Positions 11,127 to 19,245 of a stretch of DNA of 64,000 nucleotides are shown one piece after another. The first letter of the stretch is position 1. Each line of letters opens with the position of its first letter. Source of the stretch: an uncultured Gammaproteobacteria bacterium (GTDB lineage: Bacteria > Pseudomonadota > Gammaproteobacteria > JAIEPX01); contig CAZMLO010000006.1 in the NCBI GenBank assembly GCA_964567285.1, forward strand, positions 73,303 through 137,302, read 5' to 3'. Under the pieces are notes generated by a model. The model saw nothing but the letters and a program-made list of their open reading frames with translations, made no database searches and had not been told where the DNA came from. The position numbers and the translations under genes are program-made.

Positions 11127-11399
11127 ATGTGGAAGGTTTATGAGAAGAAAACCTTAGTTAAAGAACTCCGTAATGTACCGACTCACGTTTTACAGGATTA
11201 TGAAGTGTGGAAACGAATTGTTGAGTTGGATGGCCTAGAAGGTCTTCGATTAATTAAGGGTTTTCATGACGAAGCACTCAAAGGAGAATGGAATGGTTAT
11301 CGCTCATCACGTCTTAATAAACAATGGCGAGTGATCTATATCCCTAAGCCAGATCACTTTGAAGTTTTTGTAGTAGAGGTTAACCCTCATCAATATTGA
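11127..11399 (+). CDS. RelE/ParE-superfamily toxin (HigB-like gene order, toxin first)
   Basis: 90 aa. C-terminal half is LKGEWNGYRSSRLNKQWRVIYIPKPDHFEVFVVEVNPHQY, typical of RelE-fold mRNA interferases. It sits 3 nt upstream of an HTH antitoxin gene. Confidence 0.75.
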   Translation: MWKVYEKKTLVKELRNVPTHVLQDYEVWKRIVELDGLEGLRLIKGFHDEALKGEWNGYRSSRLNKQWRVIYIPKPDHFEVFVVEVNPHQY

Positions 11400-11411
11400 G
11401 AGGTGCACAAA

Positions 11412-11678
11412 ATGAGTATTAATTATAAAGATTTTATCAATTCCCGTGTGCATACCAAAGTCACACCCGGGGAAGCCTTAAAAATAATTCGCGAGCTTCA
11501 AGAAATTTCACAAAATGAACTCGCTAAAGCTACCGGTATTTCTCAATCTAACATCTCCGCCTTGGAGCACGGAACTGCACAAATGGGCAGAGTCACCGCC
11601 ATAAAATTAGCCCAAGCATTGCATGTACATCCTGCTGTACTACTCTTTCCTGATTATGATATTCAGGAAGCTGCGTAA
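11412..11678 (+). CDS. XRE-family HTH antitoxin (HigA-like)
   Basis: HTH segment ISQNELAKATGISQSNISALEHG. ATG at 11412 has a GAGAGG SD 8 nt upstream; the ORF-track start is GTG 11403. Confidence 0.75.
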   Translation: MSINYKDFINSRVHTKVTPGEALKIIRELQEISQNELAKATGISQSNISALEHGTAQMGRVTAIKLAQALHVHPAVLLFPDYDIQEAA

Positions 11679-11766
11679 ATTCTTGATTCTGAAAATCATT
11701 GCTTAAAAAGATCGCAATATCTGATAAAATTCCTTATTACATTGATTATCCTTTGAGAGGCTAATT

Positions 11767-12918
11767 GTGTCGACTGACCAACTCGATATTCTGATTATTA
11801 CAGGCGAACCGTCTGGGGATATGCATGCCGCGAGATTGGTGCGGGAGTTGAGGGAGCGGGAGCCGGGGCTGCGGATTGGGGCTATGGGTGGTGAGCAGTT
11901 GGCGGCGGCTGGGGCAGAGATTATTGTTGATCATCGTGGGATGGCGGTGATGGGATTTGTAGAGGCTTTTAAGATTTGGCGTCTGATCCGTCGCGCTTTT
12001 AAGCAGTTGAAAAAGGCTATACGTGAACGGCGTCCTCGATTGGTGATATTGGTAGATTATTCTGGATTTAATTTACCGATGGCGAAATTTGCCAAATCTC
12101 AGGGCTGTCAGGTGCTTTATTATATTGCACCGCAGGTATGGGCTTGGCGCCAGGGTCGGGTGCATAAAATCAATCGTTGGGTCGATACTTTGGCGGTGAT
12201 TTTCCCTTTTGAAGTGGAATTTTATCGAGGTTTTAATCGGCTAGCGCATTTTGTTGGGCACCCTTTGGCCAAAGAACCCCTCTGCTCCTTGACCCCTGCT
12301 CAGGCAAAATTTCAGTTGGATTTAGCACCTGCTCAGCCAGTCATTGGATTGGTACCGGGAAGTCGCATGGCAGAAGTCAAAGCAATTCTGCCGACCCTCT
12401 TATCTGCAGCCGCTAAACTCTATGCAGAAAATCCAGAACTGCAATTTGTTTTACCCCGCGCTTCTACCATCGATACCCTTTGGGTGGAAGAGCAAATCGC
12501 TCAGCACAGTCTCCCGATCAAAGTCATTTCAACAGATCGATATACCACTCTCCAAGCGTGTGACATTGCTTTGGCTGCCAGTGGTACTGTCACTTTGGAA
12601 TTGGCACTCTTAGAAAAACCGATGGTTATCGTTTACAAAGGAAATCCCCTCGCCTTTTGGCTAGCAAAAAAATGGGTAAAGCTGGATCATGCTGGTCTAC
12701 CCAATATCATTGCAAAGCGAGAAATTGTCCCTGAATTACTGCAACATGATTTCACTATAGAAAAAATTTATAAGCACGTTCAGGAACTTCTCCTAAATGA
12801 GAAGGAATATCAGCGTCAAAAAAATGAGTTAATGAAGCTACAGCAAACGTTGAACTCAGTTACTCCGAAGTGCTCATTATCAGAATTGGTTATTGAGCGC
12901 TTAATGCAGCCTAAGTGA
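11767..12918 (+). CDS. lpxB: lipid-A-disaccharide synthase
   Basis: ILIITGEPSGDMHAARL, DYSGFNL, YYIAPQVWAWR and GTVTLELAL motifs. GTG start. Confidence 0.93.
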   Translation: MSTDQLDILIITGEPSGDMHAARLVRELREREPGLRIGAMGGEQLAAAGAEIIVDHRGMAVMGFVEAFKIWRLIRRAFKQLKKAIRERRPRLVILVDYSGFNLPMAKFAKSQGCQVLYYIAPQVWAWRQGRVHKINRWVDTLAVIFPFEVEFYRGFNRLAHFVGHPLAKEPLCSLTPAQAKFQLDLAPAQPVIGLVPGSRMAEVKAILPTLLSAAAKLYAENPELQFVLPRASTIDTLWVEEQIAQHSLPIKVISTDRYTTLQACDIALAASGTVTLELALLEKPMVIVYKGNPLAFWLAKKWVKLDHAGLPNIIAKREIVPELLQHDFTIEKIYKHVQELLLNEKEYQRQKNELMKLQQTLNSVTPKCSLSELVIERLMQPK

Positions 12919-12949
12919 CTATAAAAAATATCGGGAGAAATTCATCGTA

Positions 12950-15790
12950 TTATTTTGGTAAAGACGTGAGTGTTGAGTTATTTGATGATAATAATAAATT
13001 GAGTCGTTTCTGAATGCAATCGACAAGTTCTACCTCATAGGGCCTTAACAGATCAAGAGCTTCAAGACAAAGCGACTCTTTTTCGGATATATTTCCAAGC
13101 GATTCATGAGATTTGGCCATGAAGTACAAAATATTAACTCTCATAAGAGGCAAAGATTGAAGACTGGTTTTGCTTAGGCATTCACTCAAGCTAGCCAGTG
13201 CAATTTGCGGCTGGCCCCCATACAAAAGAATGAGTGAGTAGTTGAATAACAAAGATATATGCCATTTCGAAATCGCACCTTCTTTTTTCAAAATACTCTC
13301 TAAGTGTGATAATGTTGAAGGCAAAGTATCTTTATCATTCATTCTTTCAATTGAGGCACAATTAAAATCACAAGCCTGTATCATAATATGATCAGAAGGA
13401 TAAAAGAGTTTTAAATGATTACGGCTGTTATCGTAATATCTTAGTGCCTGAGCTGTATCACCCGCGTATAAATAAGCATCCCCTTGGCGGTAATAAATCC
13501 AACCTAGAAAATCACTAAAATCTTGAAAACTCTCTGTAATTAATTGTTTTGCCACAATAAAACACTGTTGTGCGGCAGAGGGGTTACCCAAATGCAGTTG
13601 CAAATCGCCTAAATTATAGAAAGGGTAGAATTTCGAGGGGTAATTCTCCCCTGCTTCAAAAAATATCTTTATCGATAAATGGAGATGTTGGAATGCGCCT
13701 TTGAGATCCCCTTTATATTGATTGATCGAAGAGAAATTATTATAAGCCATGGCTAGATCTGTGGAGGAGGGAAAACGACTTTTATATATTTCAATAGCTT
13801 TAATATAATAAGGTACTGAAGCATCACGTTCATCTTGCTTATTCAGAGTTATTGCATAACCGACATAAGTGAGAGCTAACAAATAATAACATAAATTTTC
13901 AGGTTCCAGTTTTTTTCCCAAACAATAATTAATTTCTTTTTCTGCTGACAAAAATCCTTGGGCAGCACTTTTTAGAGCATTAAGATTATAGTTGGCATAA
14001 GCTAAAAATACTCGCGCAATGATAAACTCAAAACCACCCGCAAAATATGATTCTTTTTTTTCAATTGAAGCCATTAGATACTCAACAGAAAGAGTAAACT
14101 GGCCTAGATGATAATAAATTATTCCTAGACAACTCAATACGGAAGTATAGAAAGGATCAGACTGAAGGTGCAATTTTTTGATATGCTCCAAAATACTGAG
14201 TAGATGAGGAATAAGTAGTCTCCGTACTTTGAATTCTTCGGTAGTCAAAACTCTTTTTACAGGTGTAAGCGATTGAAAACTGCTGGTTATATCATGAATT
14301 AATATTCGTGAATTTAGATTGATAATACTATGATTATTTGCATGTCGGCTTTGTACTGCTAATTGAGTGAGTTTATGAATACATATTCCCCCCTCAGAGT
14401 CCCAAACTAATCCAAACATTTTTAGTAAGGATATGGCTGAATTCAAAGATTGAATCTCTGGAATGATACATAATAAGATCTCTAAAGGAATAGTAGTATG
14501 TAAATAGGCTATTCGTTCCAATAAATAGAGGGTTTTTTGAGGATTGGGACTTGCTTCTATAGCCTCTATTGTCATTTCTATAGTGCGCCTAATCGTACAT
14601 TGATGGTCTACCGGCCCTTTCTCGTGTGTCCAAGCGGTATGAGGATTTTTATTAAAGTCATCGATATATTTCCGTACTGATATCCTGCCATTCGAATTTT
14701 TAATATAAAAACCTGCCTGACAGATAGGTAGAGCTAGCATACCTAATGTTTCGCCAAGGACAATCAATTCTGAATCAGTAGCTTGAACTGTATCCCGAAA
14801 AAGAGCACGTAGGACGGCTATAACATCCTCTTTCTCAAAAAGGGGTAAAGGTCTTACTCTAACTTGTTGCCAATCAGGATTTGTTGTTGTAATGAGTACA
14901 TGACCAACACCGACACAACGAAAGGGTAATAATTCCTTAACCTCTTCTTCTTTTAGGACATCTTCTATGACTAAGAGCCAATTCAAAGGGGTTTCTTCTA
15001 AAAATCGTCTAACATTTTTAGTAATGGCTACAATTGAACAATTGGTCCAGTGAATTTTTTTTGAGACTTCTTCCTCTCCGAGGGAGTGATTAATTTCTTT
15101 TGCCAGATCAGTAATGTCATTTTCAAAATTGCGAAAGGATAGATAAAAAATAATATGATAATTATTTTTTACAGTCTCGCAAAACTTTCGACTCAATTGT
15201 GATTTACCTGCTCCACTATGTCCAGTAATAGCACGGGTTATGACCTGATGGGGTATCATAGGAAAATCATCAATCAAAATTTTTAATTCTCTCACCCTAT
15301 TAACAAAATAGAGAGAAGGATTTTCTGCGTTACAAATGATCAGCTTATCCGTTCCCTGTGCAACATTTTTATTAACAAAAAAGGAAGCCTTTGTAGCATT
15401 TTGAATTAAGCCTCTTGAAAAATTAGGTTGAGGCAAAACAATTTGTGTTTGAATATAATTAATGGTGGATTTCGGGGTTTCGGAACTTAAAACAATATCA
15501 ACATTGGTTTTTATTGCTTCAATTTCCTTAACATCTAAATGACTCAGTCCTTCTAGAATTTTCGCTTCAAATGTTGTATTTGTTTCCGTAGCGCTAAGCT
15601 TTATAATATCCAACAAAAACCCTTTGAGAGACTCTGAAAGTTCGAGTCTATCAAGGCTATCTGTAGTAACAGAGAGATGTGATTGTTTCAGTCGAAGTAG
15701 TATTTCGCTTAGCCAAGGGGGTGGGGGTGTGTTTGTGCTCTTGAATTGAGGAGATAACTGTTCAGGATTTTGAAGAGCTAGTTTTTGCAT
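12950..15790 (-). CDS. STAND (NB-ARC-like) P-loop NTPase with C-terminal TPR array and an unassigned ~160-aa N-terminal domain
   Basis: 946 aa. FVNRVRELKIL precedes Walker A GHSGAGKS (aa 190-197, nt ~15200-15223). Walker B is WLLVIEDV and an NB-ARC-like motif HVLITTTN follows. The C-terminal ~400 aa are TPR-like (YYHLGQF..A..Y, YKGDLKGAFQHL, YAGDTAQALRYY). The start lies 3 nt after the stop of the radical-SAM gene. Confidence 0.8.
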   Translation of the reverse strand: MQKLALQNPEQLSPQFKSTNTPPPPWLSEILLRLKQSHLSVTTDSLDRLELSESLKGFLLDIIKLSATETNTTFEAKILEGLSHLDVKEIEAIKTNVDIVLSSETPKSTINYIQTQIVLPQPNFSRGLIQNATKASFFVNKNVAQGTDKLIICNAENPSLYFVNRVRELKILIDDFPMIPHQVITRAITGHSGAGKSQLSRKFCETVKNNYHIIFYLSFRNFENDITDLAKEINHSLGEEEVSKKIHWTNCSIVAITKNVRRFLEETPLNWLLVIEDVLKEEEVKELLPFRCVGVGHVLITTTNPDWQQVRVRPLPLFEKEDVIAVLRALFRDTVQATDSELIVLGETLGMLALPICQAGFYIKNSNGRISVRKYIDDFNKNPHTAWTHEKGPVDHQCTIRRTIEMTIEAIEASPNPQKTLYLLERIAYLHTTIPLEILLCIIPEIQSLNSAISLLKMFGLVWDSEGGICIHKLTQLAVQSRHANNHSIINLNSRILIHDITSSFQSLTPVKRVLTTEEFKVRRLLIPHLLSILEHIKKLHLQSDPFYTSVLSCLGIIYYHLGQFTLSVEYLMASIEKKESYFAGGFEFIIARVFLAYANYNLNALKSAAQGFLSAEKEINYCLGKKLEPENLCYYLLALTYVGYAITLNKQDERDASVPYYIKAIEIYKSRFPSSTDLAMAYNNFSSINQYKGDLKGAFQHLHLSIKIFFEAGENYPSKFYPFYNLGDLQLHLGNPSAAQQCFIVAKQLITESFQDFSDFLGWIYYRQGDAYLYAGDTAQALRYYDNSRNHLKLFYPSDHIMIQACDFNCASIERMNDKDTLPSTLSHLESILKKEGAISKWHISLLFNYSLILLYGGQPQIALASLSECLSKTSLQSLPLMRVNILYFMAKSHESLGNISEKESLCLEALDLLRPYEVELVDCIQKRLNLLLSSNNSTLTSLPK

Positions 15791-15793
15791 AAT

Positions 15794-16951
15794 TTACAGG
15801 GGTTTTGTCATCTTATTTAAAACTACGTCCGTTAGTACTTGTACTGTAAGTTTGCATTCAACTGTTTCAGTTGTATCAAATCTCCCGTGCTCATAAAATT
15901 TATTAGAAGGTGATCCCCCGCCGCATAGATCAAAATAATCACAGCTTTCTGCACAGTTCTTTATACCTTGGGTAATGGAGGCTAGTTGTTGCTGAAAATC
16001 AAGTGATTTTTCTAGCTCTTCAAATCGCTTAATATTGAGGACGTTTCCAATTACAAATTTCTGGGGTTCGTTAGGAGTGCCACCGGCCATTTCTGGTGAA
16101 AATGTAGTTACATTACCATCTTTAGATATTGTTATAACACAGAATGCCACAGTTACATCCTTGGGAAATACACGATCCGGTGAGTGCTTTTTAATTAAAA
16201 GAAGTTGTCCTACGCCATTAATTTCTCTTATTTCCATAGCTCTACCATCAGCATCCCACAGATCATAAAGCCTTTCGAAAAACTCCTTATATCTTTCGAT
16301 TAGTCTCTGTCCAGATGTACCTGATAATGCAGCTCCGTAACTTGAGCTCTTATTATCGCCGTCTTGTTCGTCAATATTAAAACTGATTGATTCAAAGCCT
16401 TCAGTTTTGTAAAATTGAAAAATCTCGTCGGGATAATCAAGGCTGTAATCGGATAGGACCGCTATCGATCTTAAAGGGATATGATGCTTCTTCAGGTAGC
16501 TAACGCCTTGCATTGCTTTGTCGAAAGACCCTTTATTTCCCCACGTCTTTCTAAATCGATCATGAATATGGGCTGGTCCATCAATACTAACAGTTGCTTG
16601 GTAATTATATTCCCTGAAAAAGTCACACCATTCATCATTAATTAAAGTGGCATTGGTTTGGATACCCATATGAAATTTTCTGTTATAGATATTACACTTC
16701 TCGACTAATCTGTTAGCATTTTTATAAAAGTCTATCCCCGCCACCAAAGGTTCACCCGCATGCCAAACAAAGTTTATTATATCTTCATCATCGGTTGGTT
16801 GTGTTACTTCGCTCTCAAAAACGCAACGAAGAGCTCCAATGAGTACTTCGTCAGACATCAGTTGTTTATTTTTTCTGTCTGGAACATAGCAATATGAACA
16901 ATTTAAGTTACAAAAATTGGTAGGTTGCAATACAACAAGAGATGTTATCAT
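15794..16951 (-). CDS. radical SAM / SPASM-domain peptide-maturase-like enzyme (anSME superfamily)
   Basis: 385 aa. LQPTNFCNLNCSYCYV gives Cx3Cx2C at aa 14-21, followed by WHAGEPL. The C-terminal Cys cluster CAESCDYFDLCGGGSP...VEC is typical of SPASM/twitch auxiliary Fe-S sites. Confidence 0.85.
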   Translation of the reverse strand: MITSLVVLQPTNFCNLNCSYCYVPDRKNKQLMSDEVLIGALRCVFESEVTQPTDDEDIINFVWHAGEPLVAGIDFYKNANRLVEKCNIYNRKFHMGIQTNATLINDEWCDFFREYNYQATVSIDGPAHIHDRFRKTWGNKGSFDKAMQGVSYLKKHHIPLRSIAVLSDYSLDYPDEIFQFYKTEGFESISFNIDEQDGDNKSSSYGAALSGTSGQRLIERYKEFFERLYDLWDADGRAMEIREINGVGQLLLIKKHSPDRVFPKDVTVAFCVITISKDGNVTTFSPEMAGGTPNEPQKFVIGNVLNIKRFEELEKSLDFQQQLASITQGIKNCAESCDYFDLCGGGSPSNKFYEHGRFDTTETVECKLTVQVLTDVVLNKMTKPL

Positions 16952-16966
16952 AGCAAATGATCTTCA

Positions 16967-17215
16967 TTACCACTTAAGTTTGAAAGCATTGAAAGCACAG
17001 TATGCTTGATAACTAGTGTTGACTCTAAGAATCGGAACTCTATCTTCATCTTCAGGTTTGATTTCGTTCAAGTCATCTAAAATACGATTTTTTGTCGGTC
17101 GTGGAGTAATAAATAAGGGGTAATACCCTTTTTCAACGAATTGTCTAATCCGCAAATTTGTTTTTCCATCCGGTTGCTCAATTGGGTCTTCTTTATCATT
17201 ATTTTCTGTACTCAT
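16967..17215 (-). CDS. 82-aa candidate RiPP precursor peptide (acidic leader, aromatic period-3 C-terminal core)
   Basis: GGAGA SD 6 nt upstream of the ATG. The stop lies 15 nt upstream of the radical-SAM start. The C-terminus is ...NTS-YQA-YCA-FNA-FKL-KW. Confidence 0.55.
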   Translation of the reverse strand: MSTENNDKEDPIEQPDGKTNLRIRQFVEKGYYPLFITPRPTKNRILDDLNEIKPEDEDRVPILRVNTSYQAYCAFNAFKLKW

Positions 17216-17467
17216 CGGGTATCTCCATGAATAATATCTTGAATATGTTATATTATAATTTTAAATTTGTATATAGTGTTCATTGCATCTAAACTAAATA
17301 ATCAATAGTCTAACCATTATCGTAGCACACCAAAATATTATTAAATATTCAGCAGCTACTGCCCATTGATAGGTAATTTATTACACGACTTTCAGAATAC
17401 AGCCACTTGATAATTTTATGAAAAGTGATACTGTTCTACTTCCATTAACTAAAAGGAGAATTATTCA

Positions 17468-17902
17468 ATGAACTCAATCAAAAAAGCGATCCTGGTTGGT
17501 AGCAGTGTTTTAGCAATCGTTTTTGCTGCAAATTCTGCGCTAGCAGTGGGGCATAATGGTCACAAAGGTCATGCAAAAATCTGGAAAGACCAAGGACCAA
17601 ACATCGTAGTAACAGCTGATCCTAGCGATTTTGCTTACTCTATGAAATTAAAGTATGTACTCAAGAACAATGCTACTGGCAAACCGGTTAAAATTGACGT
17701 TGATCAAGCTGGCGTTGCTAACGCGCTTGCTCAATTGCAAACAGTCGGCACAGGCAACGTTCTTGTGATCAAAGAACTGTCTTTCAAAGATGCTAATGGC
17801 AAGAAATTAGATAATTGCAACATGATCAAAAACTCTGCTTTTGTCAGTGGTGCTTCTTCTGTTTCTATCGCTATCAGCGCAAACGGCTGTGTTGTACAGT
17901 AA
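17468..17902 (+). CDS. small secreted protein of unknown function (Sec signal peptide)
   Basis: AAAGGAGA SD. Signal peptide is MNSIKKAILVGSSVLAIVFAANSALA/VG. The mature N-terminus is His-rich (HNGHKGH). Two Cys lie near the C-terminus. A strong terminator follows. Confidence 0.7.
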   Translation: MNSIKKAILVGSSVLAIVFAANSALAVGHNGHKGHAKIWKDQGPNIVVTADPSDFAYSMKLKYVLKNNATGKPVKIDVDQAGVANALAQLQTVGTGNVLVIKELSFKDANGKKLDNCNMIKNSAFVSGASSVSIAISANGCVVQ

Positions 17903-17913
17903 TTTTGCTCTAT

Positions 17914-17943
17914 AAAAAAGGGGGCTCTTAGCCCCCTTTTTTT
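17914..17943. terminator. bidirectional rho-independent terminator
   Basis: aaaaaa-GGGGGC-tctta-GCCCCC-ttttttt, located between convergent genes (17902 + / 17955 -). Confidence 0.8.
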
Positions 17944-17954
17944 ATGTCGGAAAA

Positions 17955-18803
17955 TTAAGCATCAAATTCCGGTGCTTCAAACTCACCACTGCGCAAAATG
18001 CCACGTGTCGAATTATTGATGGAATCAATGAAATGTTGCACATCCGGATATTCACTCACTAAACTTTCAAGCTCTTTCATGGCTTGTGTTACATTTAATC
18101 CCTTGCGGAACAGGATGTTGTATGCTCGGCGTAAACCGGTAATCGCTTCGGTAGAGAATCCGCGTCGTTTTAATCCGACAATATTTAAACCACATAATTT
18201 GGCAGTATTACCAGTGACAATCACAAACGGTGGAATATCCTGTGAAATCATGGAAGCGGTGATTAAACTGTAAGCACCGATCGTGCAATTTTGATGAATC
18301 CCCACAAAGCCACCAATGCGCGCATAATCCCCTACTTTAACATGGCCACCAAAGGCTGCATTATTCACTAAAGTGACAAAATTTCCGATTTGGCAATCAT
18401 GTGCAATGTGCACATAGGCCATTACAAAATTATTATTACCGAGTCGGGTTGTGCCAATACCATTGGTGGTACCTCGGTGAATAGTACAAAATTCTCGGAT
18501 GGTATTATTATCCCCAATGTCGAGATAGGTTTTTTGATCTTTATAATTGGTATCTTGAGGCACTTCGCCAATCGAACTGAATTGATAAATGCGATTATTT
18601 TTTCCGATGCGAGTGTGCCCATTAATCACCACGTGAGATGCAATTTCGGTGCCCTCACCGATTTCTACATCAGGGCCGATCAATGTCCAAGGGCCTATTT
18701 TAACGCCATTAGCAATTTTTGCGCCAGGATGAACAATCGCACGCTCATCTATATTACTTGAGCTTTGCGACGGATGTTGTGTTTTTATTTTTTCTTCAAT
18801 CAT
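17955..18803 (-). CDS. lpxA: acyl-ACP:UDP-GlcNAc O-acyltransferase
   Basis: Hexapeptide-repeat left-handed beta-helix plus C-terminal helical domain ([13 protein letters not shown]). Lies downstream of fabZ. Has an N-terminal extension of ~20 aa relative to E. coli LpxA. Confidence 0.92.
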   Translation of the reverse strand: MIEEKIKTQHPSQSSSNIDERAIVHPGAKIANGVKIGPWTLIGPDVEIGEGTEIASHVVINGHTRIGKNNRIYQFSSIGEVPQDTNYKDQKTYLDIGDNNTIREFCTIHRGTTNGIGTTRLGNNNFVMAYVHIAHDCQIGNFVTLVNNAAFGGHVKVGDYARIGGFVGIHQNCTIGAYSLITASMISQDIPPFVIVTGNTAKLCGLNIVGLKRRGFSTEAITGLRRAYNILFRKGLNVTQAMKELESLVSEYPDVQHFIDSINNSTRGILRSGEFEAPEFDA

Positions 18804-19245
18804 TGAGTGCCCCTTTGGCTGTCATAATTTCTGCACTGCACGCCAACTCTCCCTCTACAGTTGCCGTCCCCTGAAATTTCCAAATATCACGACGTACTTT
18901 GACGATTTCAACTTCTAACCGTAACTGATCGCCCGGTACAACAATCCGTTTGAATCGTGCATTATCAACGCCTACCAAATAAAACCAATTCTCTTTTGTT
19001 GGTAAAGTATGAATGGTTTTGTAAATTAAAATACCTGCCGCTTGTGCTAAAGCTTCAATCATCAGAACCCCCGGCATGACTGGGCTCTGTGGAAAATGTC
19101 CACAAAAATGAGGCTCATTCACGCTAACATTTTTGATGGCCACAATAGATTTATCCGGTTCACAGCTCAGCACTTTATCAACCAATAAAAAAGGATATCG
19201 GTGAGGCAGTGTTGCCATGATTTCAGTAATGCTTACCTCAGTCAT
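18796..19245 (-). CDS. fabZ: 3-hydroxyacyl-ACP dehydratase
   Basis: [11 protein letters not shown]...HF...PVMPGVL..EA.AQ motifs. The MTEVS start at 19245 is chosen because it lies just downstream of the lpxD stop; the ORF-track start is 19287. Confidence 0.92.
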   Translation of the reverse strand: MTEVSITEIMATLPHRYPFLLVDKVLSCEPDKSIVAIKNVSVNEPHFCGHFPQSPVMPGVLMIEALAQAAGILIYKTIHTLPTKENWFYLVGVDNARFKRIVVPGDQLRLEVEIVKVRRDIWKFQGTATVEGELACSAEIMTAKGALND

